The notes under the pieces were generated by a model. It made no database searches and was not told the origin of the DNA. It saw only the letters and a list, made by a program, of their open reading frames with translations. Below, one piece after another: positions 41,806 through 52,485 of a stretch of DNA of 64,000 nucleotides (position 1 is its first letter; each line of letters starts with the position of its first letter). The stretch comes from Verrucomicrobiota bacterium (GTDB lineage: Bacteria > Verrucomicrobiota > Verrucomicrobiia > Limisphaerales > JAHDYP01): positions 1 through 64,000 of the forward strand of contig JAHDYP010000013.1 of NCBI GenBank assembly GCA_023383055.1. Direction: 5' to 3'. Both the position numbers and the translations under genes were made by a program.

Positions 41806-41822
41806 GGTAACCTGAATGTAAC
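41806..41822 (+). promoter_or_regulatory. Pho-box-like site GTAACCTGAATGTAACA (copy 3), 32 bp upstream of pstS
   Basis: Same GTAACC-N5-TGTAACA architecture as copies 1 and 2. Confidence 0.55.
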
Positions 41823-41853
41823 AGTCAACCCGTTCACTCAAGACAGACACATT

Positions 41854-42705
41854 ATGAAAGCCAAGAACCTGATCACCCGAATCGGCCTGTGCCTCGGCAC
41901 CGCCGCCCTGCTGCTGCCCGCGCGCGCGGACATCACCGTCAAAGGCTCGGATACCATGGTCATCCTCGCCCAGAAATGGGCCGAAGTTTACATGGCCAAT
42001 AACCCCAGCATCAAAATCCAGGTCACCGGCGGCGGTACCGGCACCGGCTTCGCCGCCCTCCAGAACCAGCAGACGGACCTCTGCAACGCCTCCCGGAAAA
42101 TCCGGGCGAAAGAAATCGAAACCTGCATCCGGGCCTTCGGCAAACGCCCGACGGAATACCGGGTGGCTCTGGACGGCCTGTCGGTCTACGTCAACGCAGA
42201 GAACCCGGTCAGCGAACTGACCGTGGAGCAGCTCGAGTTGATCTTCACCGCGAAGATCCGGAACTGGAAAGAGCTCGGCGGACCGGACCTGCCGATCACC
42301 GTTTACAGCCGTGAGAACAGCTCCGGCACCTATGAGTTCTTCAAGGAACACGTGCTGCAGGGCAAAGACTTCGCCGCGAGCGCGCAAACCATGCCCGGAA
42401 CCGCCGCCGTGCTCCAGGCCGTGGCCAAGGACCCCAAGGGGATTGGCTATGGCGGTGCCGCCTACGGCGCGGGCGCCAAGCATCTCAACATCAAGAAGGA
42501 CGAGGCTTCCCCGGCCTTTGAACCCACCGAGGAAAACGTCGTGAACGGCGCTTATCCGATCTCCCGTCACCTCTTCATCTACGTGAATCCCGCGCTCGAC
42601 AAAGGCGACGTCGCCAACTATCTGAAGTGGATTCGCAGCGATGAAGGCCAGGCCGTTGTCAAAGATGTCGGGTATTTCCCCCTGCCGGCAAACCTCCGGC
42701 GTTGA
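41854..42705 (+). CDS. pstS: Phosphate ABC transporter substrate-binding protein PstS
   Basis: Signal peptide. ITVKGSDTMVILAQKWAEVYMANNPSIKIQVTGGGTGTGFAAL (PBP-like SGT/GGG motifs). TVYSRENSSGTYEFF. Confidence 0.9.
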   Translation: MKAKNLITRIGLCLGTAALLLPARADITVKGSDTMVILAQKWAEVYMANNPSIKIQVTGGGTGTGFAALQNQQTDLCNASRKIRAKEIETCIRAFGKRPTEYRVALDGLSVYVNAENPVSELTVEQLELIFTAKIRNWKELGGPDLPITVYSRENSSGTYEFFKEHVLQGKDFAASAQTMPGTAAVLQAVAKDPKGIGYGGAAYGAGAKHLNIKKDEASPAFEPTEENVVNGAYPISRHLFIYVNPALDKGDVANYLKWIRSDEGQAVVKDVGYFPLPANLRR

Positions 42706-42725
42706 TTTCAGACGCCCCGCCGGCG

Positions 42726-42765
42726 CCCCGGCCGCAAGGCTCATCCCGGCCGGGGCCCGCGCGGG
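42726..42765 (+). terminator. Intercistronic GC hairpins between pstS and pstC (CCCCGGCCG-N11-CGGCCGGGG, then palindrome CCCGCGCGGG); candidate attenuator
   Basis: Read directly at 42726-42755 and 42756-42765, 21 bp after the pstS stop. Confidence 0.45.
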
Positions 42766-42833
42766 CGTTCGAAGTCTCTTGGCCTGCGGCGTGATCCGCC
42801 TCGCGATGTTTTAGACATACGCCGTAATCAACC

Positions 42834-44024
42834 ATGCCATCCTCAGTTCCAACCCCCAGCAAGCGGACGGCAGGATGGATGGGGATCCAGCGCGGACACC
42901 GCGCCCGTCCGCTCGAGTGGCTGGCCGAGCGCGTGATCTTCACGATCTCGCTCTCGGCCATCATGCTGATCCTCCTGATTTTCATCTTTGTGGGGCGCGA
43001 GGCGTTGCCGATCTTCCTGGGCCGAATGGACAGCGCCCTGATCCAGGAGACCATTCCGCCCGAGCGGATGAACGAGCTCGATCCGGAGGAACTGCGGGTG
43101 TATCTTGATCTCAGCCCCCGGCAGTTCGCCGGGATGGATCGTGATACCCTGCAGATGCTCATGGAAGTCAGGCAGGAAGCTCTCGAGGAGATTCCACCGG
43201 AGCAGCTCAACGACCCGGACGCCCATGCCAACACCACGGCCTGGCGCTACCTGCTGTTCCCTCACCAATGGTCGGATTACGACCGCCCCCGCTACATCTG
43301 GCAGCCGATCGGTAACATCCATAAATACAACATCGTCCCCCTCATCGTCGGCAGCCTCAAAACCACCCTGATCGGCCTGTTCTTCGCCGTTCCCATCTCG
43401 GTTGGCGCCGCCATTTATGTCTCCCAGCTTGCCCGCCCTCGCGTGCGCGAGATTGCCAAACCGACGATCGAACTGCTCTCAGGGATTCCTTCCGTGGTGG
43501 TGGGCTTCTTTGCGCTACTGGTGATGGCCTCCGTGTTTCAGGCGGTGTTCCAATACGAAACCCGGCTCAACGCGTTCGTCGCCGGCATCGCCCTCGGATT
43601 CGCCGTGATCCCGGTAGTCTTCTCGATCGCCGAAGACGCCCTGACCAGTGTCCCCCGCAGCTACACCCAGGGCGCACTGGCGCTCGGCTCCTCGAAATGG
43701 CAGGCGGCCTGGCATATCGTCCTCCCCGCGGCATTGCCCGGGGTGTTCGCCGCGGTGGTGCTCGGCTTTGGCCGGGCCATTGGCGAAACCATGATCGTGC
43801 TGATGGTCTGTTCGGCCAGTGTCATGTCCTGGAGCATCTTCGACTCCGCCCGCAGCATCACCACCACCATTGCCGCGGAAATGGCGGAAGCCGTCGCGGG
43901 CGGGCATCACTATCGCATGCTGTTCATGCTTGGCGCCGTGCTGTTCGCGGTCACCTTCGTGGCGAACCTCGTCGGAGACATCGTCATCCACCGGCTCAAG
44001 CGCAAACTCGAAGGGCGATCGTGA
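42834..44024 (+). CDS. pstC: Phosphate ABC transporter permease PstC (with ~90-aa periplasmic loop insertion)
   Basis: PstC signature ([60 protein letters not shown]; EAA-like loop). An extra segment [73 protein letters not shown] follows TM1. Confidence 0.9.
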   Translation: MPSSVPTPSKRTAGWMGIQRGHRARPLEWLAERVIFTISLSAIMLILLIFIFVGREALPIFLGRMDSALIQETIPPERMNELDPEELRVYLDLSPRQFAGMDRDTLQMLMEVRQEALEEIPPEQLNDPDAHANTTAWRYLLFPHQWSDYDRPRYIWQPIGNIHKYNIVPLIVGSLKTTLIGLFFAVPISVGAAIYVSQLARPRVREIAKPTIELLSGIPSVVVGFFALLVMASVFQAVFQYETRLNAFVAGIALGFAVIPVVFSIAEDALTSVPRSYTQGALALGSSKWQAAWHIVLPAALPGVFAAVVLGFGRAIGETMIVLMVCSASVMSWSIFDSARSITTTIAAEMAEAVAGGHHYRMLFMLGAVLFAVTFVANLVGDIVIHRLKRKLEGRS

Positions 44025-44986
44025 ACCGTCCGCCGAATCCCGCTCCCCCCGATTCCGCGAAGAGCTTTCGCTCGGAACGCTTCGATTTCGCGTCGTTCTT
44101 CTTCACGGGACTCACCGGCTTCGCCACCCTGCTCATCGTCGCGATCCTCGCGGTGATTCTCCTGAACATCGTGGTGCAAGGATGGGAGAGTCTCTCCTGG
44201 CGTTTTATCTCCACCATACCCAAGGACAATTTCTTCGACCCCGCGTCCACGGGCGTCCTGCCCATGATCGTCGGCACCACCGGGCGTGTCTTCGTCATGA
44301 CAATCTTCGTCCTGCCTGTCGGCGTCATCACCGCCATCTACCTTACCGAATACGCCCCCAGCACCTCGCCGCTCACCCGTTTCATCCGGGCCGCGGTCAA
44401 CAACCTCGCCGGTGTGCCTTCGATCGTGTTCGGTCTGTTCGGTCTCGGCTTTTTCATCAACTTCGTCGGACGCAACCTGGATGCGCTGCTGGATTCGCCC
44501 GGGCCCACCTGGGGGCAACCCGCGATTCTCTGGGCTTCGCTGACCCTCGCCGTGATGACCCTGCCGGTGGTCATCGTTGCCACGGAAGAATCGTTGCGGG
44601 CCATCCCGCCGGGACTGCGCGAGGCCAGCCTGGCCCTCGGCGCCACCAAACTGCAAACGATCCTGCGCGTCGTGCTGCCCCAGGCGCTGCCGGGCATCAT
44701 GACCGGCGGCATTCTGGCCGTGAGCCGGGCTGCCGGCGAAGTCGCCCCGATTCTCTTCACCGGGGTCGCGTATTACATGGCGAACCTGCCTTCGAAGCTC
44801 ACGGACCAATTCATGGACCTTGGCTACCACGTTTACGTGCTCTCGACCCAGTCGCCCAACATCGAACAAACCCGGCCCATCCTGTATGCCACCGTCCTCG
44901 TCCTGCTCATGTTGACCTTTGCCCTGAATTTCACCGCCATCCTGATCCGCGCCCGCATGCGGAAGAAACTGCGCGCCCTGGGCTAG
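44021..44986 (+). CDS. pstA: Phosphate ABC transporter permease PstA
   Basis: GTG 44021 overlaps the pstC TGA (cGTGAac). PstA motifs [45 protein letters not shown]. Ends with TAG at 44984-44986. Confidence 0.85.
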   Translation: MNRPPNPAPPDSAKSFRSERFDFASFFFTGLTGFATLLIVAILAVILLNIVVQGWESLSWRFISTIPKDNFFDPASTGVLPMIVGTTGRVFVMTIFVLPVGVITAIYLTEYAPSTSPLTRFIRAAVNNLAGVPSIVFGLFGLGFFINFVGRNLDALLDSPGPTWGQPAILWASLTLAVMTLPVVIVATEESLRAIPPGLREASLALGATKLQTILRVVLPQALPGIMTGGILAVSRAAGEVAPILFTGVAYYMANLPSKLTDQFMDLGYHVYVLSTQSPNIEQTRPILYATVLVLLMLTFALNFTAILIRARMRKKLRALG

Positions 44987-45003
44987 CTCAGAACCTTGAA
45001 TCC

Positions 45004-45822
45004 ATGCCTGCTGCACCTCTGAAGAATGTGACGGTTTCGGCCCCCGACGGTCCCGACGACTCCGCGAAGGAGACCCTGATCGAGGTCCGCGATCTTTCGC
45101 TTTATTACGGCGCCACCCGGGCCCTGACGCAGATCACCCTGCCGATCTGCCCCCGTCTGGTCACCGCGTTCATCGGCCCGTCGGGTTGCGGCAAGTCCAC
45201 GCTGCTGCGCTGTTTCAACCGGATGAACGATTTGATCGACAATGTCCGGATCGAAGGGGCGGTCCGGATCAGCGGGTACGATATCTACAGCCGGGACGTC
45301 GATGTCATCGAACTCCGCAAACGGGTCGGCATGGTCTTCCAGAAATCCAATCCCTTCCCCAAATCCGTCTACGAGAATATCGCCTACGGCCTGCGGCTCC
45401 AGGGCCATCGCAACCGCGCCGACCTCGATCAGATTGTCGAACAGAGCCTCCGCAGCGCCGCCCTCTGGGATGAAGTCAAGGACCGGCTCCATTCCAGCGC
45501 GCTGGGACTCTCGGGGGGCCAGCAGCAACGCCTCTGCATCGCCCGGGCCATCGCCATCAAACCCGAGATCATCCTCATGGACGAGCCGGCCTCCGCGCTG
45601 GATCCCATCGCCACCGCCCGGATCGAGGACCTGATCCTCGATCTCAAAAAGCAATTCACCATCGTCATCGTCACCCACAACATGCAACAGGCCGCCCGGA
45701 TCTCGGACTACACGGCTTTCTTTTACTTGGGCCAGCTGGTCGAGCACGATCGGACCCGGAAGATTTTCACCAACCCAACCCAGAAGCAGACCGAGGATTA
45801 CGTGACCGGCCGCTTTGGTTAA
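45004..45822 (+). CDS. pstB: Phosphate ABC transporter ATP-binding protein PstB
   Basis: Walker [10 protein letters not shown], signature [16 protein letters not shown], Walker [13 protein letters not shown]-loop VIVTHNM. Confidence 0.95.
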   Translation: MPAAPLKNVTVSAPDGPDDSAKETLIEVRDLSLYYGATRALTQITLPICPRLVTAFIGPSGCGKSTLLRCFNRMNDLIDNVRIEGAVRISGYDIYSRDVDVIELRKRVGMVFQKSNPFPKSVYENIAYGLRLQGHRNRADLDQIVEQSLRSAALWDEVKDRLHSSALGLSGGQQQRLCIARAIAIKPEIILMDEPASALDPIATARIEDLILDLKKQFTIVIVTHNMQQAARISDYTAFFYLGQLVEHDRTRKIFTNPTQKQTEDYVTGRFG

Positions 45823-45833
45823 ATTCCCTGATT

Positions 45834-46562
45834 ATGCAGCACCTGGAATCCGAACTTCACCAGCTCAAACAGCGGCTCCTGACGATGGCGGGCACCGCCG
45901 AACAGGCCGTCAACCAGGCCGTCAAAGCCCTCGTCGACCGCGATGACGACCTCGCCCGCGGCGTGCGCGAACGGGATTCGGTCCTCGATCAGCTCGAAAT
46001 GGAGCTGGACGATTCCGCCATCCAGCTCCTCTCCAAAGCCCCGCTGGCCACCGATCTGCGGCTGATCACGGTGGTCATGAAGATCTCCCGGGACCTCGAG
46101 CGCATCGGCGACGAAGCCACCACCATCGCCCGGCGCACCATTGAGCTCGGCCAGGAACCCCAGCTCAAACCCTACGTCGATATCCCCAGAATGGCCGGCA
46201 TCGGCCTCGAAATGCTCAGGGACGCGCTCGATGCCTTCGTCACCCGCGACACCGAGAAAGCCCGCGCCGTTGTCCTCCGGGACAAGGAAGTCGACCAGAT
46301 CAACAAACAACTCCACCGCGAGCTCTCCAGCTTCATGGTCGAACGCCCCAGCACCATCACCCGGTGCCTGAATCTCATGGTCATCTCGAAGAGCCTCGAG
46401 CGCATCGCCGACCACGCCGCCAACATCGCCGAGGATGCCGTCTACCTCCACGAAGCCCGCGATATCCGCCACTCCGGCCTGCCCCGAAATCAATCCAGCT
46501 CACCATCCCCGGACTTGACCGGAGCGCCGGGGCGGATCCCCGCTACCGGTCAGACTCCGTGA
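45834..46562 (+). CDS. phoU: Phosphate-transport system regulator PhoU
   Basis: Two PhoU repeats: DLRLITVVMKISRDLERIGDEATTIARR and ITRCLNLMVISKSLERIADHAANIAEDAVY. Confidence 0.9.
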   Translation: MQHLESELHQLKQRLLTMAGTAEQAVNQAVKALVDRDDDLARGVRERDSVLDQLEMELDDSAIQLLSKAPLATDLRLITVVMKISRDLERIGDEATTIARRTIELGQEPQLKPYVDIPRMAGIGLEMLRDALDAFVTRDTEKARAVVLRDKEVDQINKQLHRELSSFMVERPSTITRCLNLMVISKSLERIADHAANIAEDAVYLHEARDIRHSGLPRNQSSSPSPDLTGAPGRIPATGQTP

Positions 46563-47733
46563 TTCGCGCGAGGCTCTCCAGCACGGCGGTGACCTCAATG
46601 CCCCGCATGCAGCGAAAATCGATCGGGCACGCCCTCCGGAAACAAGGCGCGCACGGAACGCCAGCCCGGAGCCAGGCGTGACGGGTGTCACCCGGGAGAC
46701 CGGGCCCGGTCAACTCGGGGGAAGTGCTGCCAAACGGCACCACCACCGGCGTGCCGACCGCCGCCGCCAGGTGCATCGGGCCGGTGTCGTTCGTGAGCAC
46801 CACCCGGCAGAGCTTCAGAACGGCGCAGAGTTCGCGCAGGGAGGTGCGTCCCGCCAGAACCAGCGGCGGGATTGCCGGGGCGCCGCCTGAATCACGCCGA
46901 CTCTCGCGCAGGATCTGTCCGGCGATATCCTCCGCCACCGCCACATCGCCCGCGCCCCCCAGGATCACCCATCGGCAATGCCATCGCCGCTGGGCCGCCA
47001 CCGCCACCGCCGCGAAGCGCTCCGCCGGCCAGCGTTTCGCGGGACCGTATTCCGCCCCCGGGTTCAATCCAAACCAGCGAGGGCCATCCAGGCCAAAACG
47101 CGACCGGGCGGCCGCCAGCTCCACCTCGGTCACCGACAGAAACGGCGCCAGTGGCTCGGGCGAGGCCCCGGCGGCGGCGGCCAGGTGCAGATAATGATGA
47201 ACGTGATGCGCGCGGGTGGGCGGGACCAAGCCCGGGTGCCTCAAGGGATCGGCCAGTCGGGCGCGGATTTCGTGAAGGGAACGCTTTACCATGGGAGTCG
47301 CGTCTGGCATCGCCGGCACCGCATCGGTCAGGAACACACTCCGAAACGGGTGCGCGAGGCCAATCCGGCGCGATACCCGGCCCAGCCAAAGCTCGAGCGC
47401 GGACCGTGGGGAATTGGGGAGAACCAGGCCCAGATCGAAGTGCCCCTGGCGCACGCGCTGCCCGAGGGTCCAGACCCCGTCGGCAGGGGTAAAGGCGGCG
47501 ATCTCATCGAGGGCGGGATGACCCTGGAACAACTCCGCGAGTTTGGCCGCGGTCAGCAGGGTGATGCGCGCCTGGGGATGGGCCTCGCGCAGACGCATCA
47601 GGGCCGGCGTGCTCATGACCGCGTCACCCAGCCAGTTGACGCCGCGGACCAGGATCCGGCCGGGCGTTCGTCCGCCGGGCGGGTGCTGGATTGGCGCAGC
47701 GGGTTTGGGGTCCGGGCCGGGCATGGGCTTCAA
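46543..47733 (-). CDS. ADP-heptose:LPS heptosyltransferase (GT9, WaaF/RfaF-like)
   Basis: ILVRGVNWLGDAVMSTPALMRL near the N-terminus. C-terminal NDTGPMHLAAAVGTPVVVPFGSTSPELTGP, the GT9 signature. 20-bp convergent overlap with phoU. Confidence 0.8.
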   Translation of the reverse strand: MKPMPGPDPKPAAPIQHPPGGRTPGRILVRGVNWLGDAVMSTPALMRLREAHPQARITLLTAAKLAELFQGHPALDEIAAFTPADGVWTLGQRVRQGHFDLGLVLPNSPRSALELWLGRVSRRIGLAHPFRSVFLTDAVPAMPDATPMVKRSLHEIRARLADPLRHPGLVPPTRAHHVHHYLHLAAAAGASPEPLAPFLSVTEVELAAARSRFGLDGPRWFGLNPGAEYGPAKRWPAERFAAVAVAAQRRWHCRWVILGGAGDVAVAEDIAGQILRESRRDSGGAPAIPPLVLAGRTSLRELCAVLKLCRVVLTNDTGPMHLAAAVGTPVVVPFGSTSPELTGPGLPGDTRHAWLRAGVPCAPCFRRACPIDFRCMRGIEVTAVLESLARITESDR

Positions 47734-48696
47734 GTCGAGGTGAGCGTTGATTCGACGGACGGTCGCGGGGTGCCGCCGGCTTTCAGGCGCCGCTGTTTCC
47801 AGCGGTTGTGCACCCAGAACCAGTTGGCGGGGTCGCGACGGATGGCGGCTTCAAAGGCGCGGTTGATATCGGCCGTGATGTCGGCGACGGATCTTCGTTT
47901 TCCCTCAACCCGGGTGGGGATCTCGTCGCCCACCTCGATCCGCCATCGGGCCAGGCCGGCGCGATAGCAGATCGCGGTGAACAGCGGACAACGATAACGC
48001 AAAGCCATGACCGCCGGCGCCGGCGTCGTCGAACAACGTCGCCCAAAGAACGGTCCCCAGACGCCGCTGCGCCCGGCGTGCTGATCCGCCAGCAAACCGA
48101 GCAGCAGCCCGCCCCGGCTCATCGCCGCCCTCAGCATGTCGCCCTGGAGCCGGCGCTCGAAGAACTCGCAACCGGATTTTTCGCGCAGGTCTTGCATCAA
48201 CCGATTCAAAGCCGGCTGGCGCAACGCGCGATACGTGGTGGCAAACCGGTAGCCGGGCGCGAATCCAAAGGCCGAAGCAAACAGCTCGAAGTTGCCGAAA
48301 TGACCGATCGCCACCACGCGGCTGGGGGGCGGTTGCACCTCGGGATGCGGCAGGATCTTTTCCGACCCCACGACTTCGAGGATGTCGCGCACCTCGGCGG
48401 CGGACATGTCAGCGGTGCGCACGGCGCAGGCGAAGTTCTCGCCGATGCGCCCGAAGTTTTCCCAAACCGTCCGCCGGATTGCCCTCGGGGTGAGTTCGCC
48501 GCCCAGGGCCTGCTCGAGGTTGCGCCGCGCCATGCGGCGATGGCGGAGATCCAGGCATCCGACCACCCGGCCGACCCAACGCCCCAACCGGGCGACCGTC
48601 CGCAGGGGCAGCGCGCGGATCAACCCGATGACGGTGTGCGCCAGACCGTTCAGGAGCGGGTCGACGATCGAACGCGGATGATTCATTCCCTTCGAG
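47730..48696 (-). CDS. Lipid A biosynthesis late acyltransferase (LpxL/HtrB family)
   Basis: Start MNHPRSIV (ATG ending 48696). VAIGHFGNFELFA (HxGNWE-like motif). ~322 aa. Its stop overlaps the heptosyltransferase start (ATGA). Confidence 0.75.
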
Positions 48697-48736
48697 ATTC
48701 GATTCACAAGGCGCTCTGACCCATGGGCAATCCGGC

Positions 48737-49909
48737 CTAGCGGAAACAGATCTGCCGGACGCAGTCCTGGAAATCCTTGGCGCCGCTGATGATTTTGATT
48801 TCGACGCGCATGAAGTAGATCGGCAGATCGCGCCGGTCGATCTTCGGGAAGCGCACGGCATCTTTCTGGGTGGTGATGATGACCTCGGCCTGTTTCTTCT
48901 TGCTCCGGTTGATCACGTTCAGGATTTCCTGCTGGCTGAACCGATGGTGATCCGCAAACCGCCGCGAATAGACCATCTCCGCACCCAGGTTCGTCAGGCT
49001 GCGCTCGAAGCTCTCCGGCTGGGCAATCCCGCTGAGGGTGGCGATTTTCCGGCCCTGCAGCGCCTCCAACCCGAACCGGTCGCCGGTGAACACATCCTCG
49101 AAATAGAGCGGATGATGCACGCATTCGACGATCCGGGCGGCCGGATTGAACGCCGCGATCCGTTTCCGCAGCTCGGACAGGTCCCCCTCGCTTTTGGTGA
49201 TGAACACCGTGTTGGCCCGGGCCAGGTGCGAGGGCGGTTCGCGCAGCGTGCCGCGCGGCAGGAGATGCTGGTTGCCGAACGGCTGCTGGCAATCGATCAA
49301 CACCACATCCATCCGCCGGCCGCGCAGCCGCCAGTATTGAAAACCATCGTCCAGCAGCAACGTGTCGCAACCGAACTTCTCGATCGCATACCGTCCGCTC
49401 TTCACCCGGTCCTTGTCGACCAGGACAATGACGTCCTTCAGGTTCGAGGCCAGCATGTAAGGTTCATCCCCCGCCGTCTCGGAATCCAACAGCAGCGATT
49501 TGCCGTCGGAGACCACCCGCGGCGGCGTCGTGTCCTCCCGGAACAGCAACTTGTTCATCACCCGGCGCGTGAGCGGCGGCGGCTTGGACCGATAGCCGCG
49601 CGACAGTATCGCCACCGTCCGGCCCTGGTCTTTGAGCTCGCGCGCGAACTTCTCGACCACCGGTGTCTTGCCGGTTCCGCCCACGGTGAGATTCCCGATC
49701 GCGATCACCTGCACCCCCAGGGTCCGATCCCGCAGGATCCGGAAGTTGTACAGGAACTGGCGTCCCTTCACCGCCACGAGAAACACCTTCGAAAGGCTCA
49801 GCAACAGGCCGCGCACCACCGCCGCGCGTTTCCCCCGCCATTGCCCGAAGATCACTTCGAGCACGAACGTTTCCAGGGATTCTGTCCAGGCTCGAACCCG
49901 ATCGCTCAT
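48737..49909 (-). CDS. lpxK: Tetraacyldisaccharide 4'-kinase
   Basis: [39 protein letters not shown], the LpxK P-loop region. 390 aa. Confidence 0.85.
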   Translation of the reverse strand: MSDRVRAWTESLETFVLEVIFGQWRGKRAAVVRGLLLSLSKVFLVAVKGRQFLYNFRILRDRTLGVQVIAIGNLTVGGTGKTPVVEKFARELKDQGRTVAILSRGYRSKPPPLTRRVMNKLLFREDTTPPRVVSDGKSLLLDSETAGDEPYMLASNLKDVIVLVDKDRVKSGRYAIEKFGCDTLLLDDGFQYWRLRGRRMDVVLIDCQQPFGNQHLLPRGTLREPPSHLARANTVFITKSEGDLSELRKRIAAFNPAARIVECVHHPLYFEDVFTGDRFGLEALQGRKIATLSGIAQPESFERSLTNLGAEMVYSRRFADHHRFSQQEILNVINRSKKKQAEVIITTQKDAVRFPKIDRRDLPIYFMRVEIKIISGAKDFQDCVRQICFR

Positions 49910-50045
49910 CCGGGGTCAGTCTGCCAACCGTATGGCACCGAAGCAAGGGAGTTGGGGAAATGCCTCCAACACCGCTGCACGCGCATGCGCACGTTCGATT
50001 CTCCATTGTCGGAATCACCGTGACCGGGCATGCTCGCCTTCGTTT

Positions 50046-51377
50046 ATGCCAAACGCCGCCTCCACCGCCGCCGGTTCCCGGCTGTTCACCACCAACCGCC
50101 AACGGCTGAGCCAACTGCTGCAACCGCGGTCCCTGGCCGTGCTCAACGCGAACGACGTCCAGCCCACCAACGCGGACGGCACCCGGCCGCACGTTCAAAA
50201 TGCCGATTTGTATTATCTCACCGGCATCCGACAGGAAGAGACCCTGCTGGTGCTGGCGCCGGACGCCTTCGAGCCCGGCCACCGCGAGATCCTGTTCCTG
50301 CGCGAGCCCAACGAGCACCTGACCACCTGGGAGGGCCACAAGCTGAGCCAGGCCGAAGCCACGCGGATCTCCGGCATCCGCAACGTCCGGTGGCTTTCCC
50401 AGTTCCCGACGGTCTTCCGTCAGCTCATGTGCGAAATGGACCGCGTCTATCTCAACTCGAACGAGCACCCTCGCGCCACCGTCCAGGTGGAATCGCGCGA
50501 TCTCCGCTTCATCCGCCAGGTTCAGGCGGAATACCCCCTCCACCAATACCATCGCCTGGCCCAGCTCATGCACCAGCTGCGGGTGGAAAAGGCCCCCGCC
50601 GAGATCGAACTCATTCGAGCCGCCTCCGACCTGACCGGCCGCGGCCTTCGACGCGTGCTGAAGTTCGTTCGCCCGGCCGTGACCGAAGCCGAAGTCCAGG
50701 CCGAGTTCGCCCACGAATTCACCCGGCACGGCGGGGATTTCGCCTACCCTCCGATCATCGCGGCCGGGGCGAACAACTGCATTCTGCATTACATCGTCAA
50801 CGATCGGATCTGCCGGTCGGGCCAACTGCTGTTGCTGGACGTGGCCGCCGCGAAGGATGGTTACATGTCCGACCTCACTCGAACCATCCCGGTCAACGGC
50901 CGGTTTACCCGGCGCCAGCGTCAGGTCTATGACGCCGTGCTGCGCGTGTTCCGCGAGATGGTCAAACGCATGATCCCCGGCAAGACCACGCGTGATCTCC
51001 GGCGGGAATGCGAGGCCCTGATCACCGAGGAATGTCTGGAGCTCGGCCTCCTGACGCGGGCCCAGGTCCGCCGGCAAGACCCGGATCACCCGGCTGTCGG
51101 CGCCCACTTCATGCACGGGGTGTCGCACCCGATCGGGCTCGATGTCCACGACGTCACCTACAATCATTACGTGATTCAGCCGGGCTGGGTCCTGACCTGC
51201 GAACCGGCCATCTACATTCCCAAGGAAGGTTTCGGAGTTCGCCTCGAAAACACCGTCGCGATCACCGGGAACGGCCCCGTCGATCTCATGGCGGATCTCC
51301 CGCTCGAGGCCGACGAGATCGAGGAATTCATGAGCCGGGGCCGGGCAGGCCGGCGCAGGCGCGGAGCGGGAAAATGA
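50046..51377 (+). CDS. pepP: Xaa-Pro aminopeptidase (M24 family, PepP-like)
   Basis: ATG 50046 ([21 protein letters not shown]...). Creatinase-like N-domain. M24 metal ligands in [31 protein letters not shown] and [17 protein letters not shown]. Confidence 0.8.
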   Translation: MPNAASTAAGSRLFTTNRQRLSQLLQPRSLAVLNANDVQPTNADGTRPHVQNADLYYLTGIRQEETLLVLAPDAFEPGHREILFLREPNEHLTTWEGHKLSQAEATRISGIRNVRWLSQFPTVFRQLMCEMDRVYLNSNEHPRATVQVESRDLRFIRQVQAEYPLHQYHRLAQLMHQLRVEKAPAEIELIRAASDLTGRGLRRVLKFVRPAVTEAEVQAEFAHEFTRHGGDFAYPPIIAAGANNCILHYIVNDRICRSGQLLLLDVAAAKDGYMSDLTRTIPVNGRFTRRQRQVYDAVLRVFREMVKRMIPGKTTRDLRRECEALITEECLELGLLTRAQVRRQDPDHPAVGAHFMHGVSHPIGLDVHDVTYNHYVIQPGWVLTCEPAIYIPKEGFGVRLENTVAITGNGPVDLMADLPLEADEIEEFMSRGRAGRRRRGAGK

Positions 51378-51664
51378 AGCTGTCCTCCAACCTGGCAACC
51401 GTTATGACGCAAAAGGAAATATTGGACCTCTATTTCGTCGAGGCCCGGAGCAAATTGATCGAGGTGGCCGCTTTCCTGGACCGGGTGGACCGTGGATCGG
51501 GCGAGGCGGATTTCCGGCGGGACGCCCTCCGGCAGGCGCTGCGGGCGCTCGAAACCGAGGGTCCGGACCGGGCGCGGCAGGTGTTGCTGGCCTTGAGCGA
51601 TCCGACCGTTGAACCAATTGCCGCCGCACCGGGCAAGGGCGCGATGGGAGCCTACGGAGGTTGA
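51374..51664 (+). CDS. Hypothetical small protein (96 aa) coupled to pepP
   Basis: ATG overlaps the pepP stop (aATGa). [41 protein letters not shown].... No family recognised. An alternative start MTQKEIL is at 51407. Confidence 0.4.
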   Translation: MKLSSNLATVMTQKEILDLYFVEARSKLIEVAAFLDRVDRGSGEADFRRDALRQALRALETEGPDRARQVLLALSDPTVEPIAAAPGKGAMGAYGG

Positions 51665-51668
51665 GCGT

Positions 51669-52469
51669 ATGCGCTACATCGAACCTCACGCTCACATGGT
51701 CAGCCGGGTGACCGACGATTACCGCAACATGATGGCCGCCGGGTGCGCGGCGGTTTGCGAGCCCGCGTTTTGGGCCGGGTTCGATCGATCCTCGGCGAAT
51801 GGGTTTTACGATTACTTCTGTCAACTCACCGAACACGAGCCGCGGCGCGCGGCGAAGTTCGGGCTGCCGCACTTCAGTTGGCTCTGCATCAACCCGAAGG
51901 AATCCGAGGATGTCCGGCTGGCGGAAGAGGTGATCGCGTTGATTCCGCAATTCCTGGATCGGCCCAACGTGCTGGGGATTGGCGAGATCGGGCTGAACAA
52001 GAACTCGCGCAACGAGGTGCGGGTGCTCGAGATGCACGTCGACCTGGCGGCACGCCACGATCAATTGATCCTGGTGCATACCCCGCACCTCGAAGACAAG
52101 CTGAAAGGTACCCGCCTGACCCTGGACGTGCTCAAGAACGACCCGCGAATCCGGCCGGAACGTGTGATCATCGATCACGTCGAGGAACACACCATCAAAC
52201 TGGCGCTCGATGGGGGGTTCTGGGCGGGTCTGACCCTCTATCCGGACTCGAAGTGCAGCCCGGCGCGCGCGGTGGACATGTTCGAAGTCTACGGCCCCGA
52301 GCGGTTGTGGATGAACAGCGCCTGCGATTGGGGGGTGAGCATCCCCTTGAATGTGCCGTACACGGCCCTGGAGATGAGCCGCCGCGGCCATCCGCCGGAC
52401 GCGATCGACCGCTTCATCTATCGCAACCCGGCCGAGTTCCTAAGCCAGTGCCCCAAGTTCAGACTCTGA
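51669..52469 (+). CDS. TatD-related metal-dependent hydrolase
   Basis: [10 protein letters not shown] (His-x-His metal site), [16 protein letters not shown] and IIDHVEE match the TatD/amidohydrolase-fold motifs. Confidence 0.7.
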   Translation: MRYIEPHAHMVSRVTDDYRNMMAAGCAAVCEPAFWAGFDRSSANGFYDYFCQLTEHEPRRAAKFGLPHFSWLCINPKESEDVRLAEEVIALIPQFLDRPNVLGIGEIGLNKNSRNEVRVLEMHVDLAARHDQLILVHTPHLEDKLKGTRLTLDVLKNDPRIRPERVIIDHVEEHTIKLALDGGFWAGLTLYPDSKCSPARAVDMFEVYGPERLWMNSACDWGVSIPLNVPYTALEMSRRGHPPDAIDRFIYRNPAEFLSQCPKFRL

Positions 52470-52485
52470 GCAGCCTGCGAAACAG

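Noticed and set aside
40496-45016. Minus-strand ORFs opposite the porin and pst genes (40496-41722, 43910-45016, 43996-44760)
   Set aside because: Shadow frames. The pst genes on the plus strand are unambiguous.
49464-51398. 644-aa minus-strand ORF opposite pepP
   Set aside because: Antisense shadow. The plus-strand M24 peptidase motifs are clear.
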